From: Eledone cirrhosa
Taxonomy: Eukaryota
NCBI GenBank assembly: GCA_964016885.1
Contig: OZ024740.1
Location: 17,298,001 to 17,362,000, forward strand
Direction of reading: 5' to 3'
DNA length: 64,000 bases
Part shown: positions 28,713-40,989 of the stretch, one piece after another
Layout of the letters: the number at the start of each line of letters is the position of its first letter
Numbering within the stretch: the stretch's first letter is position 1
Made by a program: the position numbers and the translations under genes
Notes under the pieces: generated by a model
Told to the model about the DNA's origin: nothing
The model's database searches: none
What the model saw: only the letters and a program-made list of their open reading frames with translations

Positions 28713-29780
28713 CCTGGCAGTATTTAGTTGGATCTCTTCATGTTTTAAGTTCAAATCTTGTCCATGATGACATTACCATTCATCTTTGCCAGGGTTGATA
28801 AAAGGAAGTACCTGTCATATGTTGAACAGTCAATCTAACTAACTTTACCTCTGACACTCTCCAGTCTCTGGCCCAGTGTGCCACAGAAACCATTGTTTGA
28901 TCTCCACAGCTAACTGATCACATCTAACTTCTAAACTGAAGATTATATATATAATAATGTTCAGGTCTGTTGATCTATTGAATGGGGATTTTAAATGAGA
29001 TTTTTAATTAAACAAACTTAGTAATTAAGTCATGTTAATGAGTTCAAAAGGCTGAGTGGCAGAAGTGTGTTGGTGCGTGAGTTCACATGACAAAGACTTC
29101 GTACATTGTATGTCGGACAAATGCATTTGCTGTATTGGCAGTTGTTTATTATGTATGTCATAACATTGCGCAAAATATTTAAGTCTACTTCCTTAGCTGA
29201 AGATATCGATTAGTCTGTTCTTGCGGTGGCTGGGGAAAGTTAACTTGCTGTAAACTCATATTCTGCCCTTGACATTTAATATAATAGGACCGGGGACCCT
29301 ATCATTAAAACACTTGAGAAACCTTATGAGATACTACCTTGTAGGAGGCCAGAAAAACCTACATAAGTGAGCTATAATAACATTGATAGTATATTAAACT
29401 TTGATTCAGTAAAAAAAAAGCCTTAAACTTCAACAAACCCATTTTCTTTAATAAGCAGACATGCATTGCAAGTGTTGCTACCCAGTTAGAAAGAATTAGA
29501 TGAAATATGAGGTCACATTTGATAATCTCAGACTTAGGGAGATCTGAAAAAGCAGAACTAGCAATCTGCCAGTTTATTGAGACCTTTTTAAAGACTGGAG
29601 GTTGATGGGTGAATTAATTATTCTACAGCCTTCAATTTTGAACTTGTGGGGAACAAATGGTGATGGGATATATAAGTGTTGGACTCTAGATTACAAAGAC
29701 TCCTGTAGTCATGGTAATGCACATTATTACTGCCATTGGTTGGTTTCTTCTGTGAAGTTAATCTGCTCAAAGCAGAGCTG

Positions 29781-31298
29781 ACCAGGCTTACTGTAACAAC
29801 AATAGTACCAGACTTACTATACCAACAATAGTACCAGACTTACTGTAACAACAATAGTACCAGACTTACTATAACAACAATAGTACCAGATTTACTGTAA
29901 CAATAGTACCAGACTTACTGTAACAACAATAGTACCAGACTTACTATAACAACAATAGTACCAGACTTACTGTAACAACAATAGTACCAGACTTACTATA
30001 CCAACAATAGTACCAGACTTACTGTAACAACAATAGTACCAGACTTACTATAACAACAATAGTACCAGACTTACTGTAACAACAATAGTACCAGACTTAC
30101 TATAACAACAATAGTACCAGACTTACTGTAACAACAATAGTACCAGACTTACTATAACAACAATAGTACCAGACTTACTGTAACAACAATAGTACCAGAC
30201 TTACTATAACAACAATAGTACCAGACTTACTGTAACAACAATAGTACCAGACTTACTATAACAACAATAGTACCAGACTTACTGTAACAACAATAGTACC
30301 AGACTTACTATAACAACAATAGTACCAGACTTACTATAACAACAATAGTACCAGACTTACTGTAACAACAATAGTACCAGACTTACTATAACAACAATAG
30401 TACCAGACTTACTGTAACAACAATAGTACCAGACTTACTATAACAACAATAGTACCAGACTTACTATAACAACAATAGTACCAGACTTACTGTAACAACA
30501 ATAGTACCAGACTTACTATAACAACAATAGTACCAGACTTACTATAACAACAATAGTACCAGACTTACTGTAACAACAATAGTACCAGACTTACTATAAC
30601 AACAATAGTACCAGACTTACTGTAACAACAATAGTACCAGACTTACTATAACAACAATAGTACCAGACTTACTGTAACAACAATAGTACCAGACTTACTA
30701 TAACAACAATAGTACCAGACTTACTATAACAACAATAGTACCAGACTTACTATAACAACAATAGTACCAGACTTACTGTAACAACAATAGTACCAGACTT
30801 ACTATAACAACAATAGTACCTGACTTACTATAACAACAATAGTACCTGACTTACTGTAACAATAGTACCAGACTTACTATACCAACAATAGTACCAGACA
30901 TACTGTAACAACAATAGTACTAGGCTTACTGTAACAATAGTACCAGACTTACTGTAACAACAATAGTACCTGACTTACTGTAACAATAGTACCAGACTTA
31001 CTATAACAACAATAGTACCAGACTTACTATAACAACAATAGTACCAGACTTACTGTAACAACAATAGTACCAGACATACTGTAACAACAATAGTACTAGG
31101 CTTACTGTAACAATAGTACCAGACTTACTGTAACAACAATAGTACCAGACTTACTATAACAACAATAGTACCAGATTTACTGTAACAACAATAGTACCTG
31201 ACTTACTGTAACAATAGTACCAGACTTACTATACCAACAATAGTACCAGACATACTATAACAACAATAGTACTAGGCTTACTATAACAACATAGTACC
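29781..31298. repeat. 26-bp minisatellite ACAACAATAGTACCAGACTTACT(G/A)TA, ~58 copies
   Basis: Period 26 (AGTACC at 30061 and 30087). G/A alternation gives a local 52-bp dimer. 23-bp (-AAC) variants occur near both ends. Confidence 0.97.
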
Positions 31299-32394
31299 CT
31301 GTTTACTCCACTCTACAAATAGGTACCATCATCAGTTGATCAGTTACTTCAACAATATTTAAGAAAATCAATAAGTATCATGATTGGGAAGAGTAATAGA
31401 TTATATTGATAGCACTGATGATGATATAAAGACAGAAATATTTTAAAATCTAGACCCATTGTTGATTTATGGTATAGAAAACTGGATTTCACATATTTAA
31501 CAACATTTCACAACAACAGGTTATAGAAAAGTCTAGTTGTCAAGGTGTTGCCCAGTAGACGTGTGCTTTTTCTCATTATCAAGGCACTAATTCATCTGTA
31601 AATGTTAGGGTGTGTCCTCTATTTTTAATCGTAGAAGCCTCACCCTGTTGGCTGGTACATGTGTGGTGGTCCTGGAATCCTCCCAGCATACATTCCTTAC
31701 CTATATGAGGAATGTTCACCCATCAGAAGATGTTTAGTTCCAGACTTGCCCTCATCCAACAGGCCCCTTATCAAAGGCATTCCAACTGTGACCATCTCTT
31801 CTTTTTGTATGTCTATGATTTCATTTTGTCATTTCATTTGGTTAAGACTTTAGGGTAATATGAGGAAAATCTGACTGTGGTTTCTAGCTCATTATGGCTC
31901 TCTCATTGGTTTGTACTGATCAGCAAATGTAAGTAGGGTGCCGGGAATACAAATAACCCCTTATCTTGGTCTGACATCTCTCATTGTTAACAGCAGGACT
32001 GTTACCCCAACATCCAAGCTGATTTAGGTTGCCAGAAGAGTAAGGGTCTTGGTGAATTATAAGGAGACCACCATTTGGCTCTTAGTAGAACCCTCGCTCT
32101 CACCCTGAATGATGTAGGTTGCCAGTAAGGGGTCATAGTGAGATGTAGCAAGATCTGTTATACAGGTTGGTTGTCAGTACAGTCCTTTCCCTCAACAAAC
32201 TCCTAAAACACTTCATAGACAAGCAAGTGGGTTATATCTCTTCTTTAATTGTAAGGACATTGGAGTATGTTCCTGTCAGTTATATGGTGTTGGTGTTGGT
32301 GGGGAGCACCTGTTACTACTTTAGCTTTTAGAAAGTAAATATGGAGTCAACTGTATGATAAATATACTTATATATTTCTTTTCCTTGTTTTAAG

Positions 32395-32415
32395 AAGCAG
32401 ACCTTAAATGACATG
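32395..32415 (+). CDS. Candidate coding microexon (K)(Q)TLNDM, 21/18/15 nt, phase 0-0
   Basis: Pyrimidine tract TTTCTTTTCCTTGTTTT, then AAG|AAG|CAG| acceptors and a consensus donor ATG|GTAAGT. Only frame 0 is stop-free. Phase matches the 43463 exon. Confidence 0.6.
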
Positions 32416-33261
32416 GTAAGTTTTCCTATTTATTGTTTGTTGTTTTTAAAAAAAAAAAATTTTTTTTGGTTTCATTGGGTGGTAAGTTGTTATTTTTAAG
32501 GAACCTCTGGTCAACCTTACTGGAGAACACACCTAGAGTGTAGAAAGAACTGATTAAATGATTTAAGGAGAACTACATTATCGGTCCATGATATTAATTA
32601 TGCAAGCTTTAGTCTGGTTTAGGGCCTACATTGGACATTCTGTCATGCAATGATAGGTGCTTGTGTAAAGTATAAGGCACTGCTTCAGGCAGTGTCAACA
32701 AACCTCAACTAGTTTTTACATGACTATGCATGTACCATGGAGGCTGCTTGTTTCACTGCTTAGAAGTAACCCTTATAGTTCAGAAACCTCAACTATACTG
32801 ACTGATGTGCAAACTCTGCCTTTCATTACATTAGCTGGTTATGAGGGATGCGGTGTAAGAGCACAGTATAAACAGCTTTGAGACTTCCATGTTCCCTAAA
32901 TATCATACTGCAATCCTACACAACCAAACTACAATGGTATGGCATCAATGTGCAGGGCTTATTTGCTAATATAAAAATGTTTTGGATAAAGCATGAGATT
33001 CATCAGTAATGATTGACACAGAGTTAAACTAACAACTGTGTGGCCACAGTATGAAGTTTGTATGGCAGTTGACTCCTTAAAACAGCTGACCACAGTACAA
33101 CAGTGTAAGAAAGCAATACATCAATGTTACAGTGTAGGGAGCAATGTTAGTAACTCACCTTGCTTGCATGTTGGGAGAGGGCAGGGCAGGAGAAACAGAC
33201 TCCATGCTCTGGAGTAATTTACATGTAGCATCACTGTCAAGCAGTCTGCATATGTTTACAT

Positions 33262-33466
33262 ATGTTCACATGTAGCATGACTGTGAGACAGTCTGCACAT
33301 GTCTATATGTACCAATGGTTATGAAGTGGTCTTCACATGTTAACCTATGTTCACATGTAGGCATGGCTGTGAGACAGTCTGCACATGTCTATATGTAGCA
33401 ATGGTTATGAAGTGGTCTTCACATGTTAACCTATGTTCACATGTAGGCATGGCTGTGTGACAGTCA
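33262..33466. repeat. 86-bp tandem duplication (~2.3 copies)
   Basis: ACATGTCTATATGT..CAATGGTTATGAAGTGGTCTTCACATGTTAACCTATGTTCAC at 33297 and 33383. Confidence 0.85.
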
Positions 33467-33715
33467 ACCACGTTAACTTACGTATTGCTGGTCGGTCTGT
33501 TTCTATTTCTCAATTTATGATAAAAGGCTCGATTGGTGGCTATGTTGCAGATGGTGGTGGTGAGGGGTGGGGGTATTTGCTTGGTGCATGTCGGTGCAAA
33601 TTACAATGCGCAGCTAATAACTATTTGTAGATATTTTATAATTAATTACAACAGTGAAAAAGCAACGTTATTGTTCTACCGTTAGACATATATGAGCAGA
33701 TGTGTATATATATAT

Positions 33716-33945
33716 ATCATCATCATCATCACCGTTTTACATCCGTTCTTCCACGCTAGCATGGGTTAGACGGGTTGTCCTGTTGTGGGCAGTGTCCGGT
33801 CGGCTGACCATGTCTTGCTCATACGGGAACTGATTCTGGCTTGATTTCTACAGCTGGATGCCCTACCTAACACCAACCTCATTTACAGTGAGTGCTGGGT
33901 GCTTTTTTCCGTGGTGCCTACACATCCACTTTACAGTGTGGGCTG
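33716..33945 (-). mobile_element. RTE-tail-bearing retroposon fragment
   Basis: (CAT)n tail followed by ...TTCCACGCTAGCATGGGTT, the same terminus as at 37665-37722, 38612-38665 and (opposite strand) 45795-45830. Confidence 0.6.
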
Positions 33946-33974
33946 GGTATATATATGTATATAGATATATATAA

Positions 33975-34107
33975 TCGTTTCTACTTTTGGCACAAGGCCA
34001 ACAATTACCCAGTACATTACTGGTACTTTATTTTATCGATCCCGTAAGGAGGAAAGGCAAAGTTAACCTCAGCGGAATTTGAACTCAAAATGGCAAGGGC
34101 CGTAACT
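33975..34107 (-). mobile_element. tRNA-derived SINE (family A), 5'-truncated
   Basis: Reverse complement of the body and tail of the 42261-42448 element. Confidence 0.85.
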
Positions 34108-34145
34108 GAGTTCAAATCCCACTGAGGTTAACTTTCCCTTTCATC

Positions 34146-34345
34146 NNNNNNNNNNNNNNNNNNNNNNNNNNNNNNNNNNNNNNNNNNNNNNNNNNNNNNN
34201 NNNNNNNNNNNNNNNNNNNNNNNNNNNNNNNNNNNNNNNNNNNNNNNNNNNNNNNNNNNNNNNNNNNNNNNNNNNNNNNNNNNNNNNNNNNNNNNNNNNN
34301 NNNNNNNNNNNNNNNNNNNNNNNNNNNNNNNNNNNNNNNNNNNNN
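34146..34345. other. Assembly gap (200 N)
   Basis: Run of N. Confidence 1.
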
Positions 34346-34584
34346 TCAATGACACCACTCACACTTTCAATTATTTCTTCACTGCCTTTTATTCTAGTTT
34401 GATTCTTATTTTTTGTTAGTGGAAGAATGGTAGGCTAAGGGTGGATGATATTGCTGTAATTGTGGTTCTATTCGTTTGCCTGTGTGTCATGGTTGGTAAG
34501 AGTAAGGTGTTATGATTTTTTAACCTATATTCATTTAGGGTGTAGTCAACTGTATTTGACTTTGCCAAAAGAAAAAAAACCTTA

Positions 34585-34829
34585 ATGGAATTCTTGGCAG
34601 TAATCTGTAGAGCGTTAAACACCATGCTTTGCGGCATAACATTACGGCCCTTTACGTTCTGAGTTCAAATCCGGCTGAGGCTAGCTTTGCCTTTCATCCT
34701 TACTGGGTTGATAATATAAAGTACCAGTAATGCACTGGTGTCGATTTAATCGACTCCCCCCCCCCCCCCCCCCCCCCCCGCAAAAAAATTGGCCTTGAGC
34801 CTAAATCAGAAACTATTATTATTATTATT
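34585..34829 (+). mobile_element. tRNA-derived SINE (family A, long form with poly-C), (ATT)n tail
   Basis: TGGCAGTAATC A-box-like motif, GAGTTCAAATCC B-box, GCCTTTCATCC...AAGTACCAGT core, GGCCTTG...AGAAAC(TAT)n tail. Confidence 0.85.
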
Positions 34830-35700
34830 GCTCTGTCACACATTGTAGAAAAATAATACACCTGGGTATCTAGTCATCTGTCAAGTCACAACAAAGTACA
34901 CCAGGGTATTTAGTCTTCTGTCAAGTCACAACAAGGTACACCGGGGTATTTAGTCTTCTGTCAAGTCACAACAAGGTACACAGGAGTATTTAATCTTCTG
35001 TCAAGTCACAACAAGGTACACCAGGGTATTTAGTCTTCTGTCAAGTCACAACAAGGTACACCGGGGTATTTAGTCTTCTGTCAAGTCACAACAAGGTACA
35101 CCGGGGTATTTAGTCTTCTGTCAAGTCACAACAAGGTACACCGGGGTATTTAGTCTTCTGTCAAGTCACAACAAGGTACACCAGGGTATTTAGTCTTCTG
35201 TCAAGTCACAACAAGGTACACCGGGGTATTTAGTCTTCTGTCAAGTCACAAGGTACACCGGGGTATTTAGTCTTCTGTCAAGTCACAAGGTACACCGGGG
35301 TATTTAGTCTTCTGTCAAGTCACAACAAGGTACACCAGGGTATTTAGTCTTCTGTCAAGTCACAACAAGGTACACCGGGGTATTTAGTCTTCTGTCAAGT
35401 CACAACAAGGTACACCAGGGTATTTAGTCTTCTGTCAAGTCACAACAAGGTACACTGGGGTATTTAGTCTTCTGTCAAGTCACAAGGTACACCGGGTTAT
35501 TTAGTCTTCTGTCAAGTCACAACAATGACCTCAGACAGATAATACTATCCTCAAAATGTGCGCAGTACCTAGCAATCCACCTTTTGTATGACACCCAACC
35601 TATATGGTATTCCCAGTAGGTTTAAAAAGTCTTGAAGTTTCAATGGGATTGACCCTAATACCCCTACCACAACTGGCATCACTTTCACAAATTTGCCCTA
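34815..35700 (-). mobile_element. Dong/R4-like LINE 3' end: ORF C-terminus, 3'UTR containing the 40-bp array, (AAT)n tail
   Basis: Minus strand reads VVVGVLGSIPLKLQDFLNLLGIP...(frameshift)LLGTAHILRIVLSV* with the stop at 35531-35533. This is homologous to the C-terminus of the adjacent element (IIGALGT...LLRTARTLQYVL). Confidence 0.75.
34860..35525. repeat. 40-bp minisatellite TCAAGTCACAACAAGGTACACCGGGGTATTTAGTCTTCTG, ~16-17 copies
   Basis: Exact 40-bp period, plus three 37-bp (-ACA) variants. Confidence 0.97.
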
Positions 35701-35715
35701 ATGAACATCAAGTCG

Positions 35716-36338
35716 CTACCTGCAGCCTCGGATATTCAGGACGTATTGGAGGGTCCTTGCTGTTCTCAGTAGACATGCCTTTTGAAGTGTTCCAAAAAAG
35801 GGGTCTGGGTTAATGTTCTTTAACCAGCCTTGAAAGCTCTTCGAGAGAGTACCTAATGCTCCTATGATATCAGTCTCACAACAGTTCCAAATCCTTTTCA
35901 GTTCCCACTTTAAATTCTGATACCAGTTAATTTTCTCCTCCTTTTCTTGCACTCTTGTGTCAAAAGGGCAAGCTACATATATAATCAAACAAGATCTTAT
36001 TTCCTTGTCTAAACCCACCAGGCCAGACCTATTGTGTTTTAATTCTTTATCTGTTTGTATCCTAAAATCCCACCTCACCTGTTTTCTCTCACTGACTCTG
36101 GCTTATGCTCAAACCATTTCTCAGAATGAGAGAATAAATTATTCAGTTTGCATAAATGCCAGTGAATCACATTTCCTATGATATCATGCCTCCATCTTTT
36201 ATAGTGAGTCTGGGCTAGGTGCTTACACTTGGATATACAATGTGAGCCACAAATTCTATAGAGTGGGCTAGCCTCCTCCTTGTCAATATGATGTTTCATC
36301 CACTTCGTTCTAAGAGCTTGCTCCTGTGCAACCAGTAG
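35716..36338 (-). mobile_element. Dong/R4-clade non-LTR retrotransposon fragment (zinc knuckle + restriction-like endonuclease), frameshifted
   Basis: ORFs 36075-36452 and 35716-36078 encode AQEQALRT...H..S.C..LAQ..Y..RHD...IHW.LC, WDF.IQTD....HNR, CPFD and IGALG. These are typical R4/Dong C-terminal motifs. Confidence 0.9.
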
Positions 36339-36639
36339 CATCATCATCACCAGCATCATCATCATCTTCATTATTAACCTTTTACCATTATCATCATCAT
36401 TATGATTACCATTGTTGTCATCATTAATTCTCGTCCTCAACATCATTATCATTCCGATAGTTACAGTAGTTTGGGAACAAAATATGAACTTTCACTATCA
36501 GTCACAGTGATCCTGAATTTTCAAAAAAAGCTTTCTATCATTACTTCCCATTTCAGTATCTTTCTCCCTACTTCCACTACAAATTTTTGTATAGAGTCTT
36601 AATCAAGTCTTAGTCAGGTGAACTATTGCCAAGAATGTC

Positions 36640-36965
36640 CTCTCCAGAGCTTAACAAAAATTTTCACCTCTCCTGACCATATCATAATTTTCCCTCCTCC
36701 AGATCTTGACAAAAGGTCTGCCCTCAAGACCATTTTCTCCCAAATACACTCCCCTCTTCAGGTTTTGAGGAATTTATTCTCCCTTCCAGATCTTGACATT
36801 AGTGTCCAACCCTCCAGACCATGACACAATTATCCTCCCACTCCAGATCTTAACAAAATGTCCTCCCTAAGATCTTGATAAAGTGTCTCGAAGACAACCC
36901 CTCCAAATTTTGATGAAAGTGTCATTCACTCCAGATCATGATACATGGGTTCCCACCAAATCTCA
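36640..36965. repeat. Degenerate short-period repeat with CCAGATCTTGA motif
   Basis: Motif recurs about 6 times at irregular spacing. Confidence 0.5.
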
Positions 36966-37491
36966 ACACCATCACCTCAGCTCTAGTAATGAAATAGAAA
37001 CCTAACTAGCTTTCTTCCATGCAAGACCACAATGGTCCCCTGTAAGGAGATAAATATGAAACAGCTTTTGTCAGTACTTTTACTGTTATCCCTGTCTTAA
37101 AGACACTGGAGAGTTCCTTGAGGGAGAATTGGCTGTTACTTCAAGGAGAATCAAGTGATTACATTCAAGCCTCTTCGTCTCTCTTTCTATATATATATCT
37201 TCCCTTTTCTCATTGTCTCTCTCTCCCTCAATATCTTGTTATTCCCTTTATAAAGTCAGTAGTCAGTTTCTTCAATGATATTTGACTGCTACTGTGAGCA
37301 GGTCAAGTAACTAACTACATAGAAGCTCACTTAATTGTCTCATTAAGTAAAGTTGTTATAATTGCACAGTTGACTGGGTGCAAGATTTGCAATGATCTAT
37401 TTGCAGAAGATTAGATCAAGTATGTGCAGGTGGTGACATACTTTAGTCTTCTTCATACACCTTAGATGACCACATCTAATGGCTAAATTGT

Positions 37492-37590
37492 TGTGTAAGG
37501 TTAGTAGGTGTCTGTGTAAGGTTAGTTGGTGTCTGTGTAAGGTTAGTAGGTGTCTGTGTAAGGTTAGTTGGTGTCTGTGTAAGGTTAGTA
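37492..37590. repeat. 21-bp minisatellite GTGTCTGTGTAAGGTTAGT(A/T)G, ~4.7 copies
   Basis: Period 21. Confidence 0.9.
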
Positions 37591-38099
37591 ACTGTGTATT
37601 TCATTGGCCATAAATATTAATTTACTGTGGTTGGGGAAGATGTGTGTGTATATATATATATATCATCATCATTATCATCATCATTTTCGTTTAACGTCCA
37701 TCTTCCACGCTAGCATGGGTTAGTATATATATATATATATATATATAGTGGGTGGCAAAGCTGTGTATGTGTGTCTATTAGTATCCTCTATCTGTGTATG
37801 TGTAGTTGTAGCCTGTGTATGTGTGTTGTATTTATAGACTGTTTACTCATATACACACTTTGAACTGCTACTTAGGCTGTGTTCAGTGTTTCTCTCCTTG
37901 TAGGTCTTACACATTTAGACATACATACACTGACACTCACACATGCATACACACAAACACACTCCCTCACACATACATGTACACTTTCATATGCACACAC
38001 ACACACACCGCACACTCACTCACATACACACACTGACTAGTGTAATGAAATAGTTGATTGATCTCTGAAAGTTGAATGTTTCCAATTCTTAATCTTCTG

Positions 38100-38470
38100 A
38101 TCAATATCATCATCATCATCATCATCACTGTCATTGCTATCTTCAACTTTGTCAGTGTTACTATCATCATCACCATCATCATCACCATCACCATCATTGC
38201 TATCTCTGTCACCACCATCATCACTGTCTCTGTCACCACCACCACCATCATCAGTCTCTGTCACCACCACCACCACCATCATCACTGTCTCTGTCACCAC
38301 CACCACCACCATCATAACAACTACCACCACCACCATCATCATTATTACCATCAGTTAACACTGTCACCGTTATCAGTTACCATAGATACTGTCATCGTTA
38401 TCAGTCACCATAGATACTGTCACTGTTATTATGGTTATCATCATCATCATTGTTAACACTATCATCACTA
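38100..38470. repeat. (CAT)/(CAC) low-complexity tract
   Basis: Imperfect trinucleotide repeats with TCACTGTCTCTGTCACC sub-repeats. Confidence 0.9.
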
Positions 38471-38611
38471 TTACCAGCATTGTCCTTACTATCATTGTTT
38501 GGTAGGTTTTCTATGGCTGGGTACCCTTCCTATTACCAACCTCTTTACAGGGTGTACTGGGTGTATTTGGGTAAATCAACAAAACTTGTTGTCATTAACA
38601 CTACTGAAGAG

Positions 38612-38862
38612 TCATCATCATCATCATTTTACGTCCGCTTTTCCCTGCTTGCAAGGGTTGGACGGGTCTTATTCAGCACAGCATCTCTCCACTTGTCACG
38701 GTCCTCCGTGAGTTTCAGCGATCTGAGGTCTGCTCTCACCATCTCTGCCCATGTTTTTCGTGGTCTTCCTCTACTGCGTCTTCCTACCACTGGGATTTCT
38801 TGGAATTTCTTTACCCAGCGGTCATCCTCCATGCGCATCCCATGCCCATACCATCTCCTGCA
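38612..38862 (-). mobile_element. RTE-clade LINE 3' end with (GAT)n tail
   Basis: ORF 38629-38868: RRWYGHGMRMEDDRWVKK...GRRSRGRPRKTWAEMVRADL...DRDKWR, the classic RTE ORF2 C-terminus. Confidence 0.92.
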
Positions 38863-40062
38863 CACCACAACTTATCCCTCTTATACCCAGTCATATGTAA
38901 TAAATATAGAAAGTGTGTATATGTTTATATGTGTGTATATATTATTTTTATTTGTTAGATTTGGAGGTTGGAGCAATATTGGTTTTCACAGGTGTTCTGT
39001 GATTGGTAAGATAGATGCCATTAACCTTCTACATAAACTGTAGCAAGCCAATACCTGTAGGATTGATATGAGCTTTGATAATGCCGACATTCTGGGCAGG
39101 AAGAATTGGGTGCAGTAGTTATTGCATAGCATGGTCAGTTGGACACAATGTGGGTAGGGGGAGCAGGACAGATGAGTGAGTTAGGTGTACTTGAGTGGAG
39201 GTGACATGAGATCAACCAGCTCTGAGGAGTAGGGACTATTGTAGTAGCTGTAGAAAAATTAGAGACATCATGACTATGTCTATGGGTCAGAGACTAGTGA
39301 GTGCCTGGGAGCAACTTGATACTAATTAATTGATGGTTTTTCCCTGGATATGGTGATGGGCAGTTTTTCTCAAGGTGGTGCATGAGACTTCAGGGTGTAT
39401 ACACTATACTATATATTAACTTTGTCTGATCAAGGTAGGGTACACATTTTTCTGGAAAATCAAAGTGGAGCAGGGGGTGGGGGTTGAAACGAGTGATCTG
39501 TATTCTAGTGTATTAATATAACAGCAGCACCATTCCACATGTGGGAGATGTACTTCATTCTGAGGATCACCTGAGCTTTGTAGAGGGTCAATAACTGTTA
39601 TCTGAAGAGATGGTTCAATATTTGAGCAACAGTGATTGTGAAGTCTGGTATTTTTGTAGAGGGTCAGTAATATTTGAGAGCTGAAAAGATGGTTCAATAT
39701 TTGATCAGTAGTGATTGTGAAACCTGGTATTTGGAGCAATCATGCAATCTCTAGTTGTGGGCTGTTCATGTTTGAAGGTCATCGAGTGCAGTGTTTTCTT
39801 GATAGAAGCAGTGTGTATGTGTATGTATGTTTGTATATGTGTGTGTGTGTATATATATATATTCATATATGTGTACATATATAATTGTTTCTACTTTTGG
39901 CACAAGGCCAGCAATTAACCAGTACATTACTGGTACTTTATGTGTACATATATAATGTGTGTGTGTGTTTATATGTATGTAAATGTGTGTGTATATATAT
40001 ATATATAAACAAATAAGGTACAAAGCCAAATTTTTGGCCTTTGGAAGCGATAAGAAGATATG

Positions 40063-40108
<46 letters not shown>

Positions 40109-40384
40109 CATAAAGAAAGTCTTCACCCTATTTTATAAACTATCCTTATAGCATTTCTACTCTTGAGCACTTTCTTTAAACTTGTATATATAGTTGTGTG
40201 TCTATATTTATATGTATGTGTGTATATTTATATATATTTATATGTACTGAAGTCAATGTGATTGACTAAATTTCACAAAGGGATTTAGTTGATCATATTG
40301 ACTTCAGTATATATTTCTTTTCATCTCTCATTTTGTTGAACATCTAAGTTACAGGACATAAAGACACAGTAATTGCACACACAC

Positions 40385-40545
40385 AGAGTGGACTTTCACA
40401 CACTTCCCATTTACCAAATTTCACTTATAAGGTATCGATCAATCCATGGCTGTTGTGGAAGACACTTGCCCAAGGTGTCCATGCAGCAAGTCTTTGTCTG
40501 AAAATACATGGTTGTGAGGCAAATTCTTTAACCACACAGCCATGT
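40385..40545 (-). mobile_element. Decayed tRNA-derived SINE (CCTTGGGCAAGTGTCTTC core on minus strand)
   Basis: Minus strand begins ATGGCTGTGTGGTTAAGAA (A-box-like) and contains ACCTTGGGCAAGTGTCTT. Confidence 0.65.
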
Positions 40546-40656
40546 CTATATATATATATATATAAATATATATGTGTGTGTGTGTGTGTATATAAAAAAA
40601 TGTTAGGTGTATAACTACAGTTACGGACCCTACAGCTGCCTTAACTCTGGAATGTG

Positions 40657-40715
<59 letters not shown>

Positions 40716-40989
40716 CAGACACACTTAAATATTTCACATGAAAAAAATGAGCGGAGTAATATATATTAAAATATGTACAAATTCCAGGACATGAACATAC
40801 ATTTCTGTGATAGATGTATATATGAAATATAAAACACAGGTGAGGCCATGACCTGCAGGTGGGGAGGGGGTTCCTAATGTCACCACATGAACCAGAACCT
40901 ATCATAACCAGTCAAATCATACAAACTAATACTTTATCTCTCTGCAATTTCACATGAAATATTACAATTCAGAAAGGGATCTTTTTTTT

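Noticed and set aside
34128-34362. ORFs spanning the N run
   Set aside because: Gap artefact.
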